A stretch of 64,000 bases of DNA from contig JBPOGI010000001.1 of the NCBI GenBank assembly GCA_051251855.1, positions 1,504,001-1,568,000 of the forward strand. Direction: 5' to 3'. Positions 10,871 through 19,614 of the stretch are shown piece by piece (the first letter of the stretch is position 1; each line of letters starts with the position of its first letter). The position numbers and the translations under genes were made by a program. Below the pieces are notes generated by a model. It had not been told where the DNA came from and did no database searches. It saw only the letters and a list, made by a program, of their open reading frames with translations. This DNA is from Roseibacillus sp. (GTDB lineage: Bacteria > Verrucomicrobiota > Verrucomicrobiia > Verrucomicrobiales > Akkermansiaceae).

Positions 10871-12288
10871 AAACCCTCCTCTCTCTTATCCTCCTTCTCC
10901 CTCTGTCCGCAGCGGAGAAGCCCAACATCGTCCTTTTCGTCTCCGATGACCACGGTCTCGATGCCCTCGGCTGCTACGGCAACCCCGTCATCGAGACACC
11001 TAACATGGACAAACTTGCCGCTGAGGGTGTCCGCTTCACCAATGCCTACTGCACCAGCGCCAGTTGCGCCGCCAGCCGCTCGGTCATTCTCACCGGACTC
11101 TACGGTCACGCCACCGGCTCCTACGGTCACGTCCACGACTACCATCACTTCAGCACCTATTCCCACGTCAAGTCTCTCCCCGTCCGTCTCTCGGCTGCTG
11201 GCTATCACACCGCCCGTATTGGTAAATACCACGTCGCCCCCGAGAGCGTCTATCAGTTCGACACCACCCACGAAGCCAACCCCCGCAGCACCGTCGAAAT
11301 GGCGGAAGCCTGCCGCCCTACCATCGCCGGCGACCAGCCCTTCTTTCTCTACTTTTGCCCTGACGATCCTCATCGCGGCGCACCCTTCACCCCCGACGAT
11401 TGGACCGACCCCAACACCTTTGGCAACCGCCCCGAGGGCTATCCCGGAGTCGAAGCCAAAAAATACGATCCTACCAAAGTGATCGTTCCTACCTTTCTTC
11501 CCGACTCCAAGGAATGCCGCGAGGAGTTGGCCGAATACTACCAATCCGTCTCCCGCATCGATCAGGGTCTCGGGAAACTTTTTTCCATTCTCGAAGAAAC
11601 CGGAAAGGCCGACAACACCGTCGTTATCTACCTCTCCGATAACGGCATCGCCTTCCCCGGAGCCAAAACCACGGTCTACGAACCCGGCATCAAGCTTCCC
11701 CTCATCATCACCGACCCCCGCAAGCCTGACCTCAAGGGAAAAGTGAACGAAGCCTTTGTCAGCTGGGTGGACCTCACTCCCACCATCCTAGAACTCTCAC
11801 AAATCGACGAATCCAAAGAACAATTTCAAGGCCGCTCCCTCCTTCCTATCCTTGCCACTCCCAATCCGAAAGGATGGAACGAAGTCTACGCCGCCCACAA
11901 CTTCCACGAACTCACCATGTATTACCCCATGCGCGTGATTCGCATCGATGACTTCAAGCTCATCTGGAACATCGCCCACGGTCTCGACTACCCCTTCGCG
12001 ACCGACCTCTGGGCAGCTTCCACCTGGCAAGCCGTCTACCACAGCGAAGAGCAGCAATACGGCAAGCGCTCGGTGAAGGACTATCTCAAGCGACCACAAT
12101 TCGAACTCTACAACCTCGCCACCGATCCTGACGAAGTGAACAACCTCGCAGAGGATCCCGCTCACTCAAAACAACTCGCATCCCTCAAAGAGAAACTCAA
12201 AGCCTTTCAATTGAAGACCAAGGACCCTTGGCAAATCTCTTGGGGAGACTACGAAACCGAAGTTCAGGGAACCGGAGTCGGCCTCTAA
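10867..12288 (+). CDS. S1 family sulfatase (sulfamidase-like)
   Basis: ATG 10867 with ATGA overlap and signal peptide MKTLLSLILLLPLSA. PNIVLFVSDDHG, CAASR, GKYHV, SDNG, HNFHELTMYYPMR. Confidence 0.95.
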   Translation: MKTLLSLILLLPLSAAEKPNIVLFVSDDHGLDALGCYGNPVIETPNMDKLAAEGVRFTNAYCTSASCAASRSVILTGLYGHATGSYGHVHDYHHFSTYSHVKSLPVRLSAAGYHTARIGKYHVAPESVYQFDTTHEANPRSTVEMAEACRPTIAGDQPFFLYFCPDDPHRGAPFTPDDWTDPNTFGNRPEGYPGVEAKKYDPTKVIVPTFLPDSKECREELAEYYQSVSRIDQGLGKLFSILEETGKADNTVVIYLSDNGIAFPGAKTTVYEPGIKLPLIITDPRKPDLKGKVNEAFVSWVDLTPTILELSQIDESKEQFQGRSLLPILATPNPKGWNEVYAAHNFHELTMYYPMRVIRIDDFKLIWNIAHGLDYPFATDLWAASTWQAVYHSEEQQYGKRSVKDYLKRPQFELYNLATDPDEVNNLAEDPAHSKQLASLKEKLKAFQLKTKDPWQISWGDYETEVQGTGVGL

Positions 12289-12298
12289 CAAAAATAAC

Positions 12299-13771
12299 AT
12301 GATGAAAACTGTATTCGCCCTCCTCCTCTGCTTGAGCCCGCTTCTCACGGCCCAGAACAAGCCTAACATTGTGTGGATCATCCCCGACGATATGTCCGCC
12401 CATTTTTCCAGCTACGGAGAAACGGCCATCGAGACTCCCCACGTCGATCGACTTGCCAAACGCGGAGTCAAATTCACCAACGCCGTGGTCACCGCTCCCG
12501 TCTGCTCAACCTGCCGTTCGGCGTTCATCACCGGAAGGTATCAAACCTCCATTGGAGCTCATCACCACCGGAGCGGACGTGGAGTAGAGAAGATCACCTT
12601 ACCGGATGCTATCAAGCTCGTCCCCCAACTCTTTCAAGAGGCCGGCTACTTCACCACCATTTCCGCTTGGCCAAAGCAGGGAAAAAAACTCGGCAAGACG
12701 GACTATAACTTCGAATGGGACGAGTCAGTCTACGATGGCAATGACTGGTCAGAACGCGAAGAAGGACAACCCTTCTTTGCCCAGATTCAAACGCCCGGTG
12801 GAAAGCTTCGAGGTAGCGACAAGGACTCATGGGAACGCATCCAAGCAAAGGCTGAACAAACCTTCGGCGACCGAACCCCGGATAGCGCGGTCAAGCTGCC
12901 CCCCTACTACCCGAACCACCCCGACCTCATTCGGGATTGGGCCGCCTACCTTGATTCTGTTCGTCTCACGGATCACATGGTGGGCGAAGTGGTGGCTCGA
13001 CTCGAGAAGGAAGGACTCTTGGAGAACACTCTCATCCTCTTCATGACCGACCACGGCATCAGTCACGCTCGCGGGAAGCAGTTTCTTTATGAAGAAGGCA
13101 TCTACGTCCCCCTCGTCATCGCAGGCCCAGGCATCACAGCTAACTCGGTTCGCGAGGACCCAGTTGAGCACATCGATATCGCCGCTCTATCCCTCGGTGC
13201 CGCCAACATTTCTGTTCCCGATTGGATGCAAGCTCGCGACATCCTTGCCAAAGACTACCAACCCCGTAGCGAGGTCTTCTCGGCTCGTGATCGCTGCGAC
13301 GAGACCGTTGATCACCTTCGCTCCGTCCGTACCAAAGACTTCAAGTATATCCGCAACTTTCTTCCCGAACGTCCCTATCTCCAACCATCCGCTTACAAGG
13401 ATGCGAAACAGATCCTCATCGCTCTCAGAGAATGGAACACTGCCGGCAAATTGAATGAGGTTCAAAAAGGCCTCTTCCAAGAAACTCGACCACCGGAAGA
13501 ACTCTACGATCTCAAGAACGATCCCTTCGAAGTGGAAAACCTCGCAGACAAACCCGAGTATCAGGAAAAACTCGGAGCTCTTCGTGCCAGCCTCGATGAA
13601 TGGATGAAGGCCACCAATGACCTCGGTCAAACTCGAGAGCCAAAGAAAATGTTCGAAAGCGACATGAAGATCTATCTCGATACGGTGAAGCGAAGAAAGG
13701 ATTCCCAACACGTGCAAATTCTGGAAGCCAACATCGAACTCATGAGAAAGTGGCGCTCTGAAGGCAAATAG
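12299..13771 (+). CDS. S1 family sulfatase with variant CSTCR motif
   Basis: PNIVWIIPDD, PVCSTCRSAFITG, GKTDYNF, TDHG, RDRCDE. Confidence 0.93.
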   Translation: MMKTVFALLLCLSPLLTAQNKPNIVWIIPDDMSAHFSSYGETAIETPHVDRLAKRGVKFTNAVVTAPVCSTCRSAFITGRYQTSIGAHHHRSGRGVEKITLPDAIKLVPQLFQEAGYFTTISAWPKQGKKLGKTDYNFEWDESVYDGNDWSEREEGQPFFAQIQTPGGKLRGSDKDSWERIQAKAEQTFGDRTPDSAVKLPPYYPNHPDLIRDWAAYLDSVRLTDHMVGEVVARLEKEGLLENTLILFMTDHGISHARGKQFLYEEGIYVPLVIAGPGITANSVREDPVEHIDIAALSLGAANISVPDWMQARDILAKDYQPRSEVFSARDRCDETVDHLRSVRTKDFKYIRNFLPERPYLQPSAYKDAKQILIALREWNTAGKLNEVQKGLFQETRPPEELYDLKNDPFEVENLADKPEYQEKLGALRASLDEWMKATNDLGQTREPKKMFESDMKIYLDTVKRRKDSQHVQILEANIELMRKWRSEGK

Positions 13772-13846
13772 AGAAAAGGACCTCAATGGGTCCGAGGTCG
13801 ATTTCTTATCGGCGCGAATCGGAAACACGAAAACTTCTCATCCATC

Positions 13847-14983
13847 ATAAAAAGTAAGCCGGACATTCCCCAGATCGCGATTCAGCTCAATACCATGCAG
13901 TCGTGGAGCCGCTCGATTCTCAAGGGCATCCTTTCCTATGCTCAGGAGGTGGGTCCTTGGCACGTCTGGATTGATGCTTCGGGGAAACACGAATTCCCCG
14001 TAGGTTGGCGAGGTGATGGAGTGATCGCTCGAGTCGATAGCCCCGAAATTGCAAGCTTCCTCAATGACTTGAACCTCCCCGTCGTCGATGTCTGCGACGA
14101 CCCCTCCTCCACATTCCAAGCTCCCAAAATCCGCACCGACGACCGAGTCGGCACCGAACTCGCCGCAGGACATCTCATCGAGCGTGGCCTGCGAAATATC
14201 GGTTTCGTTGGCCCCCAGAACATTGCCAACGCTCAGGTGTATCATCGCCATTTCCTCACTGCGCTGGAGGAACGAGACCTTGAATGCCACTCCCTTCAAT
14301 TCGACAACAACGACCCAGACATTCTAAAGAGCATCACCGAGTGGCTACTCCAAGTTCCCAAGCCCATCGGTATTCTCGCCTGGGGACATGGCTTTGCTCG
14401 CAATGTCATGGACTGTTGCCTGGAGGAGGGAATCTCGGTTCCCCACGATGTGGCCGTCATCAGCGGAAGCTACGACGAACTCTTTTCCCATGCCTGCTAT
14501 CCCTCGCTATCGGGAATCCTTCTCCCCACCGAGACCATTGGCTATCAGGCGGCTCAAGTTCTCCACAAAATGATGCTAGGCGAACCTGTGGAATCCGAAG
14601 TCACCCTCATCCCTCCGCGTGGAGTGATGGCTCAACTCTCGACCGACACCCTCGCCATCGATGATCCCAAGCTCATTCAAGTCATCAACTTCATCCGCGC
14701 CAATGCCTTCGAGCCCATTACCATGGACGACATCTTACGCGAGGTCCCCATGGCTCGTCGTTCGCTTGAACGACGTTTCCGCCAGACCTTTGGGCATTCT
14801 CCTTCCGAAGAAATCCGAAAAATCCGCGTCGACAGAGCTCGCAAACTTCTCGCCGAAACCGATCTACAAATGCAAGAAATCGCCGAGAACTGCGGATATG
14901 CTACCTACAATTACCTGACTCACGTCTTCAAAAAAACCACAGGCAAGACACCACGGGAATATCGCAACCAGTTTCGTTCTTAG
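13847..14983 (+). CDS. XylR-type transcriptional regulator (LacI-like sensor domain plus AraC HTH); start uncertain (ATA 13847 or ATG 13895)
   Basis: WRGDGVIAR, VPHDVAVI, PSLSGI, STDTLAIDDP and a C-terminal AraC HTH (RRSLERRF...EIAENCGY...FKKTTGKTPREYR). Confidence 0.9.
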   Translation: MKSKPDIPQIAIQLNTMQSWSRSILKGILSYAQEVGPWHVWIDASGKHEFPVGWRGDGVIARVDSPEIASFLNDLNLPVVDVCDDPSSTFQAPKIRTDDRVGTELAAGHLIERGLRNIGFVGPQNIANAQVYHRHFLTALEERDLECHSLQFDNNDPDILKSITEWLLQVPKPIGILAWGHGFARNVMDCCLEEGISVPHDVAVISGSYDELFSHACYPSLSGILLPTETIGYQAAQVLHKMMLGEPVESEVTLIPPRGVMAQLSTDTLAIDDPKLIQVINFIRANAFEPITMDDILREVPMARRSLERRFRQTFGHSPSEEIRKIRVDRARKLLAETDLQMQEIAENCGYATYNYLTHVFKKTTGKTPREYRNQFRS

Positions 14984-15120
14984 TTGCGAGTCCAGACTTT
15001 TTGACCAAATCGCGCACTTTAAAAGCGTGAGCTACATATTGCTGAGCCCCAACAGAAATGTATGGTAATTGTAAATTCATGAAATGGTTTCATTTCACAT
15101 TTCAATTCGAATCTTTTCCA

Positions 15121-18100
15121 ATGCAGAATCTTCCCTCAAATCTTCCGCCTCAAAGGGGGTTTTCTCTCATCGTCACAGTCACGATGATGATCCTACTTTC
15201 CTTGATTGCGGTTGGTCTCCTTTCGCTCTCCACCACGGTCCTCCGTTCTTCGGGTCACACCAATGCCGAAATGGTCGCCCGTGCCAATGCTCGTATGGCT
15301 CTCCAAATGGCCATTGGCGAACTTCAAAAAAGCCTCGGTCCCGACACCAGAGTGACCGCCAACGGTTCTATTCTTGAAGGAAGAGAACCAGTCGGAAAAG
15401 GCAATCAACATCTCCTCGGGGTCTGGAACGCGTGGCAACAAAACCCTCTCCAAGTGGGCAACTACGACCAGCAAAAACAAGGCGAACCCAACGACGAGGA
15501 GGACGACTCTGGAGCTCCCCTTCCCAACGGCGGGTTCCACCGTTGGCTGGCATCATCACGCGATGATGCAAACATCTCAGAAGTCAGCTTCATCTCCGAC
15601 ACCCCGCAAGAACCCACTGTTCAGCTCGTTCCCGAGACTCAGGCAGGCCAAGATGAAGTCAGAGTGGCTGCTGTCGCACTGAATTCCGCCGATGGCCGCA
15701 ACTCGGGCCGTTACGCCTGGGCGGTCTTTGACGAGAACCAAAAAGCAGCCCTCAACCCAAGTGTCCCCGACCCTCAACAATCGACCCACACTCCTCTTCA
15801 AACCGTAGCCCTGCAACAAGAACCCGCCTGGGAGAACAGCAACGAGCTCAAAGGAGTGGCCTCTATTCCCCGCGAAGAACGGGAAAAGCTTCTCTCCAAC
15901 AACACCATGAAACTCGCCTCCGTGCCAGACGCCGAGAGGTATTTCCACGACGTCACGGCCTTCTCTTCGGGCCTTCTCACCGACGTTACCAAGGGAGGCA
16001 TGAAGAAAGACTTGAGCCTACTCTTTCAAGACGAGGAACTCCCCAATAGCTTTTCTGAAGAGAAAATCTACCTCTATTCAGGAACCCAAGAAGGTCTCAT
16101 CGACGCGCCGGACCGTGGTGATCATCCCTTCGCTTTTCCCAGCCCCGATCCCAAGTGGAGTCTCCTCCACCAGTTTCACCGCATTCCCCTCGACCACTTG
16201 AATGGAAGCGGCGAATCGGCCCGCCTCTCCTTCAACATGCAGGGCGAAGGCAACGATTCGAGCAACTCGTTCCCTTTCCGCATGCGCAACCTTCGGCCCA
16301 ACACAGAGTATCACGACGCACTTAAGCTTTCGCCGGTGATCTCCAAAGCTCAGTTCATTTTTTCCATCACCTACACCACCTCCAACAGCCTCTATCAGAA
16401 CAGCGCCAACTGGAGAGCGGGCATCTGGCGACATGACCCCCAAGGCGAAAACTCGGAATGGACCGCCTCCGCAGTGATGTATGTCGATCCGGTGATCACC
16501 CTTTGGAATCCCTACGACATCCCCATGGACGTCGAGGACTTTCGCATCTATCTCTATCGCATCCCCCTCGCCTTCGGTTTTAAAAATCTCACCCACAACG
16601 ACTGGCGCACGACCAAGCCCTTCTTCGACTTTGCGGAGATGGGATTCTATCGTCAAAACCGCCAGAGCAATGGCAATGGCGACATCAACCCCATTGGCTT
16701 TCCCCTCGCTATCAAGTCAGAGAACCCCGGCGAACCTCTCGTCCTCCTTCCCGGCGAACACCGGGTCTTCTCAGCCCACAACCGGGTCACCCTTTGGCAA
16801 AGCATTCGCGACAGCAACGCGCCCACTCCGACCCTTGAAATGAAACCCGGATGGAACCCTCCTTCTGAAAATTCCTCCTCCAATGCCGATGTCGGCGGCA
16901 TCGAAATTTCCTATCTCTGCCCTGACCCCGACAACTGGGGACACGGTGCGGAATACATCGGCTACCCCATCAATCCCAACAAACCAAGGGTGGAGCAAGC
17001 TTGGGGAACCCCTCACATTCTTGTCAAACAGGGAGACCAACTGGGCATCACCGTCAAGCCCTCGGTCTCCGATGCCGGCAACTTCGAAACCGTAGGCAAG
17101 CAATCCCTCGACTTCTATCTCCGCTACGGCGAATGGGTTTCCGACGACAAAATCAAGCCCAAGAGCGAACACAAAGAGCACTCCGATTTCGGAGCCATCG
17201 AATTCAACTTCGGTCCCGATATCGAAGAAGAATTCACCCAACTGGATCCGGAAATTCATATTCCGGTTTTTCCTATCGAATCTGACGACATCGATTCTAA
17301 CAAAGCCACTGCTAAGGTTCGCAAAAAACCCTTTCTAGCCGCCACCCTTCATCTCAAGTCGCTCATCGAGGAAAGCTCGTCGGTTACCAATCAATACCCC
17401 TCGAAAGCTTGGCTCCACTCCAACCCCACCCTCATCTATGCCAGCGCGGGGATGGGAGGCGACACCACCAGCCTCGGCGCCCAGCAATATCAATTCACCT
17501 ACGAACCCATCCAAGGCGACTGGCTCGACGGAAACGTGCCCGAAATCGGTATCAACGAGCGCGACCAAGGGTTCGGCGGCCCTTCACCCGGTGTGACCTA
17601 TGGCCGTCCTTTTGCGCCCTTCGTTTCCCTTCCGCGAGAAGCTCCCACTTCGCTCGCTCAGTTCCGGCACGCCCCCCTCAACCAATCCGGCCAACACCCT
17701 TTGCAGGCGCAAGTCCTCGCCAACTCCTTCGCCCACCCCCTCCTCGCCCAGGACAAGGTTGTCGATACTGCCAACAAGAGATTGGACCACTCCTTCCTGG
17801 CCAATCTTGCTCTCTTCGATAGCACTTTCCTTTCCTCCGCTCAAAACGACGACGCTCTGATTGACGCGCTCGACGGCAAAGAAGAACTGCCCAATTCACG
17901 CTTTCAAGTGAGCGTTCCCACTTCGATTTCTGACCCCTCCGGCATTCTCAACGAAGGGGACGACTCCTATCGCAAGTCCGCGGCCTTCCTCTCGGTAGAC
18001 GGCGCCTTCAATGTCAATTCCACTTCCAAACTCGCGTGGATGACTCTGCTCTCAGGCTTCACCGGCGAAGACATCCCCGCCCTCACCGCCATGGATTCGA

Positions 18101-18825
18101 AAGAGTTGGGTGAAGTGAAACGAACCCCTGGCAACCCCCTCTTCTCGCGCTACAACGTGCCTCTCGAGGAAACCCTTGGCGATAATCTGGACGAATTTGG
18201 AACCACCAGCGAAGGACTCGCCTGGACTGGTCAGCGCCGTCTCAACCAACAGGAAATCGAACAACTCGCCGAACAAATTGTCGTCGAAGTCAAACGCCGT
18301 GGCCCCTTCCAGTCGTTGGCGGAGTTTGTTAATCGACGGGCCGAAAAAAGCGAATTGGCACAAGTCGGCTGCCTCCAAGCGGCCATCGACAACAGCGGCC
18401 TCAATGAGGAGGCCGAGCAAAGCGAAAGCCTCGAACTCAGCGGAACCGAACCCGGTAGCGAGTCCTTTGAGAATACCGAAGCAGCCGAAGGAAACTCCAT
18501 GGAAGGAACCCCCGGCTACCTCACCCAAGGCGACCTTCTGCATACCATCGCCCCTATTCTCACCGTGCGCGCGGACACCTTCAAAGTGCGAACCTATGGA
18601 GCCGCTACCGACCGGGCAGGACGAGTCATCTCCGAAGCCTGGTGCGAAGCTATCGTGCAACGCAGCCCCGATTTCCTCGACTCAGCCAATCAAGCCTACG
18701 ACTACCGCAACCCCTCCACGGGAGAATTCGAACTCAGCGAGACCAACCGTAAATTTGGCCGTCGTTTCAACCTCATCTCTTTTCGCTGGCTTCGCAAAGA
18801 AGAGGCTGAACAAACTGTCACGTAG
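15121..18825 (+). CDS. Giant protein with PilX/GspK-like prepilin leader (Verru_Chthon cassette protein A-like), copy 1
   Basis: QRG|FSLIVTVTMMILLSLIAVGLL leader lacking Glu5, ARANARMAL, GAFNVNSTS, RGPFQSLAEFVNR, C-terminal FGRRFNLISFRWL. Confidence 0.8.
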   Translation: MQNLPSNLPPQRGFSLIVTVTMMILLSLIAVGLLSLSTTVLRSSGHTNAEMVARANARMALQMAIGELQKSLGPDTRVTANGSILEGREPVGKGNQHLLGVWNAWQQNPLQVGNYDQQKQGEPNDEEDDSGAPLPNGGFHRWLASSRDDANISEVSFISDTPQEPTVQLVPETQAGQDEVRVAAVALNSADGRNSGRYAWAVFDENQKAALNPSVPDPQQSTHTPLQTVALQQEPAWENSNELKGVASIPREEREKLLSNNTMKLASVPDAERYFHDVTAFSSGLLTDVTKGGMKKDLSLLFQDEELPNSFSEEKIYLYSGTQEGLIDAPDRGDHPFAFPSPDPKWSLLHQFHRIPLDHLNGSGESARLSFNMQGEGNDSSNSFPFRMRNLRPNTEYHDALKLSPVISKAQFIFSITYTTSNSLYQNSANWRAGIWRHDPQGENSEWTASAVMYVDPVITLWNPYDIPMDVEDFRIYLYRIPLAFGFKNLTHNDWRTTKPFFDFAEMGFYRQNRQSNGNGDINPIGFPLAIKSENPGEPLVLLPGEHRVFSAHNRVTLWQSIRDSNAPTPTLEMKPGWNPPSENSSSNADVGGIEISYLCPDPDNWGHGAEYIGYPINPNKPRVEQAWGTPHILVKQGDQLGITVKPSVSDAGNFETVGKQSLDFYLRYGEWVSDDKIKPKSEHKEHSDFGAIEFNFGPDIEEEFTQLDPEIHIPVFPIESDDIDSNKATAKVRKKPFLAATLHLKSLIEESSSVTNQYPSKAWLHSNPTLIYASAGMGGDTTSLGAQQYQFTYEPIQGDWLDGNVPEIGINERDQGFGGPSPGVTYGRPFAPFVSLPREAPTSLAQFRHAPLNQSGQHPLQAQVLANSFAHPLLAQDKVVDTANKRLDHSFLANLALFDSTFLSSAQNDDALIDALDGKEELPNSRFQVSVPTSISDPSGILNEGDDSYRKSAAFLSVDGAFNVNSTSKLAWMTLLSGFTGEDIPALTAMDSKELGEVKRTPGNPLFSRYNVPLEETLGDNLDEFGTTSEGLAWTGQRRLNQQEIEQLAEQIVVEVKRRGPFQSLAEFVNRRAEKSELAQVGCLQAAIDNSGLNEEAEQSESLELSGTEPGSESFENTEAAEGNSMEGTPGYLTQGDLLHTIAPILTVRADTFKVRTYGAATDRAGRVISEAWCEAIVQRSPDFLDSANQAYDYRNPSTGEFELSETNRKFGRRFNLISFRWLRKEEAEQTVT

Positions 18826-18830
18826 CAATC

Positions 18831-19517
18831 ATGAATCGAACCTACCTCCCCTTGCTCGTGGCCATCTGCTCTTGTCTCAGCATGCCCGCTCAGGATGTAA
18901 AAACCCAGAAAGTCGGCTTCTTCGCTTTCAAAGCTCCCGTTTTTCCCGCCGAAGTTTACCTCCAGATCGGGAAAGGCAAGTTTGAGAAAGTCCGCCTCGT
19001 CGGAGCCAATGCCAGCAAGCCCCTCGCGGTCATCAACAGCAATGACTCCATCACTCTCTATGCCGAACCCATTCTCGATGCCGAGGGTGAAGAGCGCTAT
19101 CCCATCATCGGACGCGTCAAGGTGCAGGCCAGCTGGCCCTCGGCCTTTGTCGTTCTCAGCGGAAAAATGGAGGACGACCAGGTCCGCTACACAGGAACCT
19201 CCTTTCCCATCAGCAAAGACAACTTCCCCAGCGGCAGTATCAAGTTTGCCAATCTCAGCAAGAAACCCATCCGCGGAAAACTCGGCAGAGCAGTCTATAG
19301 CATCGCCCCCGGAAAAATCGAAACTCTTCGCTTCCAAGACCCGGAAGGAACTCTCGTCCCGGTTGTTTTCCAATTTCAAAATAAGGACAAAAGCTGGGCC
19401 CGCATGACCTCCAATCGCTGGCGCGTCCCCAAGGACGGCCACCGCATCATGTTCGCTTACCAAGAACCAGACTCCAAAGTCGTCCGCACCAAAACCATCC
19501 CCATCCGCGACAACTAA
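18831..19517 (+). CDS. Exported partner protein of giant pilin-leader protein 1
   Basis: Starts 5 nt after the giant gene and has a signal peptide. Beta-rich and basic; FPSGSIKFANLS resembles the GDY.(I/V)FNFS motif of the other partners. Confidence 0.75.
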   Translation: MNRTYLPLLVAICSCLSMPAQDVKTQKVGFFAFKAPVFPAEVYLQIGKGKFEKVRLVGANASKPLAVINSNDSITLYAEPILDAEGEERYPIIGRVKVQASWPSAFVVLSGKMEDDQVRYTGTSFPISKDNFPSGSIKFANLSKKPIRGKLGRAVYSIAPGKIETLRFQDPEGTLVPVVFQFQNKDKSWARMTSNRWRVPKDGHRIMFAYQEPDSKVVRTKTIPIRDN

Positions 19518-19614
19518 GTCCAAACTCTTGTTCGCCTCCCCCCGCACAAATCACACAAAAGCCCAAAGCGAGCGAAAGCTTTCCTCTTCAAGAAAAGCAA
19601 CTAGGCTGACAATT

